IMG/VR virus record: IMGVR_UViG_3300032038_000024 | Coordinates: 1-37,688 of that record | DNA from: a virus | Taxonomy: Duplodnaviria; Heunggongvirae; Uroviricota; Caudoviricetes | Reading direction: 5' to 3' (one strand) | DNA length: 37,688 nucleotides | Part shown: positions 35,316 to 37,688 of the stretch, one piece after another | Numbering within the stretch: position 1 is the stretch's first letter | Layout of the letters: each line of letters starts with the position of its first letter | Notes under the pieces: generated by a model | What the model was told of the DNA's origin: nothing | What the model saw: the letters and a program-made list of their open reading frames with translations, nothing else | Database searches by the model: none | Translations under genes and position numbers: made by a program

Positions 35316-35714
35316 TTAATAACCCTTCATAGTGTTTTTATTATCATCCATATAACGATGAGTCATATAACAAGCCTGAGCAATAACTTCAATTTTTGAT
35401 TGTTTACCACTTGTAGCTAATGAATATTGATCTATGACATCCTTTGGAGTTAATTCATAAGCCATTTTTTTATGTTTAACATTTAAAATCTTTGTAGTTA
35501 CAATATCCCAAATGTTATCTAATTCGTCTTTAAGATCTCCTTTCCAAAAACGTTGTTCAATTTCTTCCATAGAATACCAAGAATCATTTTTTGTATCTAA
35601 ACATACTTTTTTTAATAATTCTTTAGTATCATTATCAAGATCATTTGCTACAAGACGCCAATTAAACCACTTTTTATTTTTTGACTCATTTATTTTTGTA
35701 ACGATATCTTTCAT
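35316..35714 (-). CDS. Putative internal head protein (132 aa)
   Basis: Leader MKDIVTKINE|S. Confidence 0.7.
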   Translation of the reverse strand: MKDIVTKINESKNKKWFNWRLVANDLDNDTKELLKKVCLDTKNDSWYSMEEIEQRFWKGDLKDELDNIWDIVTTKILNVKHKKMAYELTPKDVIDQYSLATSGKQSKIEVIAQACYMTHRYMDDNKNTMKGY

Positions 35715-35730
35715 AATTAAAATAATTTAT

Positions 35731-36078
35731 TTAATATCCTGGAAACTCATTGCTTGCAGCAAATTGTTCAATAGCAGTAAGAATCATATCAACTACTTCT
35801 GATTTATCTCTATCTTGATGTTTATCTTCTTTAAGGAATTTTTCAAGCATTGACTTAAGTTCAGAAGACATCTTTGATTTAAATTCTTCCATTACACCTT
35901 TAACTATTTCATCATAATTAGGTTCTTTTGCACCTTTTGCATATTCCTTAATATGATCATCATCATAGTTAACTAAACCTTCTTGATACATTTCATCAAT
36001 CCAAACATCAACATATTCAAAAAATTCACGTTTTGGAGTTTTCTTACTTTCATTAATAAATGTTGTAATGTCTTTCAT
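35731..36078 (-). CDS. Putative internal head protein (115 aa)
   Basis: Leader MKDITTFINE|S. Confidence 0.7.
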   Translation of the reverse strand: MKDITTFINESKKTPKREFFEYVDVWIDEMYQEGLVNYDDDHIKEYAKGAKEPNYDEIVKGVMEEFKSKMSSELKSMLEKFLKEDKHQDRDKSEVVDMILTAIEQFAASNEFPGY

Positions 36079-36106
36079 ATTATATTATAAATCTTTATTT
36101 ATGATT

Positions 36107-36631
36107 TTATTTTCTGTATTCTAATGAGTCTTCATCAAATATTATTTCAATAGGATATTCATTTGCTTTTGATGATTCTGCTGCTTTGAAAATATCAATT
36201 AATTTTTGTTCAACATCATCATCAGTTACATCAACCATATCAAATCTATCGAATGTTATAATGTATTTAAGATTTTTGATTTTGAAATATTCTAATTTAA
36301 TTTCATCATCATTTGTTTTTTTATCATCAAACTTTGGATCCCATTCTATATACTCTTTTGGCTCAACATCGATATGTTCAAAAGTATCATATTCGAAGTG
36401 AGCATCAGATATATTATCATTATTTTTACCAAAGAACTTTTCTGAATAATCCTGAGAAGATGGTAATGAATTGAGCCACATATCATCAATGTATTGTTGA
36501 ATATCTGACTCTTGAAAAGTCTCAGGAGCTTGAAGTATTATTTCTTCAGGCTGAACATTATATGTTGCTTCAATCTCATTAAGTCTGTATGTTTCTACAG
36601 ACTCTCTGATATATTTTATTATAGACTTCAT
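36107..36631 (-). CDS. Putative internal head protein, acidic (174 aa)
   Basis: Leader MKSIIKYIRE|S; 44 D/E versus 20 K/R. Confidence 0.7.
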   Translation of the reverse strand: MKSIIKYIRESVETYRLNEIEATYNVQPEEIILQAPETFQESDIQQYIDDMWLNSLPSSQDYSEKFFGKNNDNISDAHFEYDTFEHIDVEPKEYIEWDPKFDDKKTNDDEIKLEYFKIKNLKYIITFDRFDMVDVTDDDVEQKLIDIFKAAESSKANEYPIEIIFDEDSLEYRK

Positions 36632-36846
36632 TAAACATCCTTGAAATATTTTTTAAAATCTTCAGCTGGTACACCAAATTGTTCTATAAGCCACCAATTA
36701 TCGTTTATTTTTGAAGCCTCATATTCTTCTCCTTGTTTGAATGTCATTCCACCTGTCTTGCGTTCTATCTTATATTCTTTGACACATTTGACATCATGCC
36801 ATTCAGAATAATTAGTTTTCTTTATAGATTCAACAATGTCTTTCAT
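36631..36846 (-). CDS. Array member with variant leader MKDIVESIKKT (71 aa)
   Basis: Same MKDIV start and I8 but no E10; TAATG overlaps. Confidence 0.7.
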   Translation of the reverse strand: MKDIVESIKKTNYSEWHDVKCVKEYKIERKTGGMTFKQGEEYEASKINDNWWLIEQFGVPAEDFKKYFKDV

Positions 36847-37328
36847 TATATATTGTTAGGTAAATTTTTCATATCATCAATTTTAACAACTGCCATTGGC
36901 CCATAATATTTTGAAGTAAATTGTTTAAAATATTTTTCCAATGAATCATGAGATGGTTTTCCTTCTTTCCATTTTCCATCTACAAAATATTCATATTTAA
37001 ATTCATTATCTTTTGTACTCCAAGCAGTAACTGCAGGTAAACCAGTTCCTAATTCCCAACGACTTCCATTTTCATGTTCAATTTTTCTAAGCAATGTCAA
37101 ACAATATCCATTTTCTAATGAATATTCATTTGTAATCATTTTAATAAAATCTTCTACTTTAGTTTTCTTTGTTATAATTTTTACAATAGGAAATGTAGTT
37201 GATTTCCAAGCTTTATCTTGACTTAATCCTAAATAATTTACATCATTTATACTTATAAACCATGTAGCAGATTTAATTCCTGTAATACCATTTACAGCTT
37301 CATTAATCTTGATATTTATATCTTTCAT
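36846..37328 (-). CDS. Putative internal head protein (160 aa)
   Basis: Leader MKDINIKINE|A. Confidence 0.7.
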   Translation of the reverse strand: MKDINIKINEAVNGITGIKSATWFISINDVNYLGLSQDKAWKSTTFPIVKIITKKTKVEDFIKMITNEYSLENGYCLTLLRKIEHENGSRWELGTGLPAVTAWSTKDNEFKYEYFVDGKWKEGKPSHDSLEKYFKQFTSKYYGPMAVVKIDDMKNLPNNI

Positions 37329-37346
37329 TTATATATCATATATATA

Positions 37347-37688
37347 TTACCAACCACATTTATCAGAATTATTATAATCCCATTCAATCATATAATCTTC
37401 TTCTTCTTTTGTCAAGTCTTCTCCTTCATTACTTATTGTCTTAAGAAGATTACCAACAATAAACTTATAAAGACGTTTTCTATCATCAGCAGATAAATTT
37501 CCAGCTTTAGCAGCCTTTAATGTTGCAGTTGCCAATTTAGATACAACTGATGATTTTTCAAGTGTTTCAATTTTAAAATCACCTAATTTATGTTTCTTTA
37601 CAAGATTTTGTACTAGAGGCCAATATTGTTCCTTGTAAATATTTTCATTATTATCTAATTCCATACAAGCATTAAATATTGTATGATT
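37347..37688 (-). CDS. 5'-truncated ORF (frame open to the window edge)
   Basis: Codons upstream of ATG 37664 read NHTIFNAC with no stop up to base 37688. Confidence 0.7.
   Translation of the reverse strand, partial: NHTIFNACMELDNNENIYKEQYWPLVQNLVKKHKLGDFKIETLEKSSVVSKLATATLKAAKAGNLSADDRKRLYKFIVGNLLKTISNEGEDLTKEEEDYMIEWDYNNSDKCGW

Noticed and set aside
1836-36401. Antisense and overlapping ORFs in the track (e.g. 1836-2033, 2263-2493, 3341-3550, 3851-4147, 5465-5683, 5619-5921, 9727-10080, 14723-15007, 15349-15669, 18624-19031, 35512-35802, 36186-36401)
   Set aside because: They lie inside or opposite well-supported genes, have low-complexity shadow-frame composition and lack recognisable motifs.
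22527-37320. Other TATAAATA matches (22527-22534, 37313-37320) as late promoters
   Set aside because: Both fall within coding sequence, and a rough estimate gives about ten chance matches per strand at this AT content.
1-37688. TAG-to-Gln recoding (genetic code 15) as in Lak megaphages
   Set aside because: All conserved genes are intact under the standard code and ORFs tile the window without TAG-broken fragments. The TAG stops I checked (21655, 28981) give only short extensions if read through. There is no positive evidence, although other genome regions could still be recoded.
1-37688. tRNA, rRNA or other structured ncRNA genes
   Set aside because: No cloverleaf or T-loop (GTTCGA-type) context was recognised, and intergenic gaps are short and explained by promoters or terminators; tRNAscan-SE and Infernal were not run.

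Overview
This AT-rich, gene-dense window is mostly on the minus strand and looks like part of a very large T4-like (jumbo/mega) phage genome. The host is probably a Bacteroidales species. That inference rests on Bacteroidales-type MnmA and RecA, TAnnTTTG -7 promoter boxes, no obvious Shine-Dalgarno sites and a BspA-type LRR gene. Recognisable genes are mnmA, clpX, an acyl carrier protein, an AAA ATPase, recA, T4-type topoisomerase II subunits split by a ScaI-like endonuclease, a sigma-70 factor with a large region-2 insertion, a PspC-domain protein, a DarG-like macrodomain, an AEP-like protein, a glycosyltransferase, an LRR protein and a ParB/Srx-fold protein. The main discovery is a set of 12 otherwise unrelated ORFs (11 in a contiguous array at 31893-37328, one at 27530-27823) plus 2 variants. 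They share a 10-residue leader M-K-x-I-x-x-[FYK]-[IL]-x-E followed mostly by S/A/G, which matches the T4 internal-protein capsid-targeting sequence and the (I/L)-x-E prohead protease cleavage site. This suggests a large arsenal of capsid-packaged, injected proteins, including a strongly acidic DNA-mimic candidate. Other notable signals are a five-copy bipartite promoter cassette, a 21-bp hairpin burying the start codon of the gene at the head of the topoisomerase gene run, and a perfect 36-bp palindrome. All family calls come from motif recognition by eye; no database searches were run.
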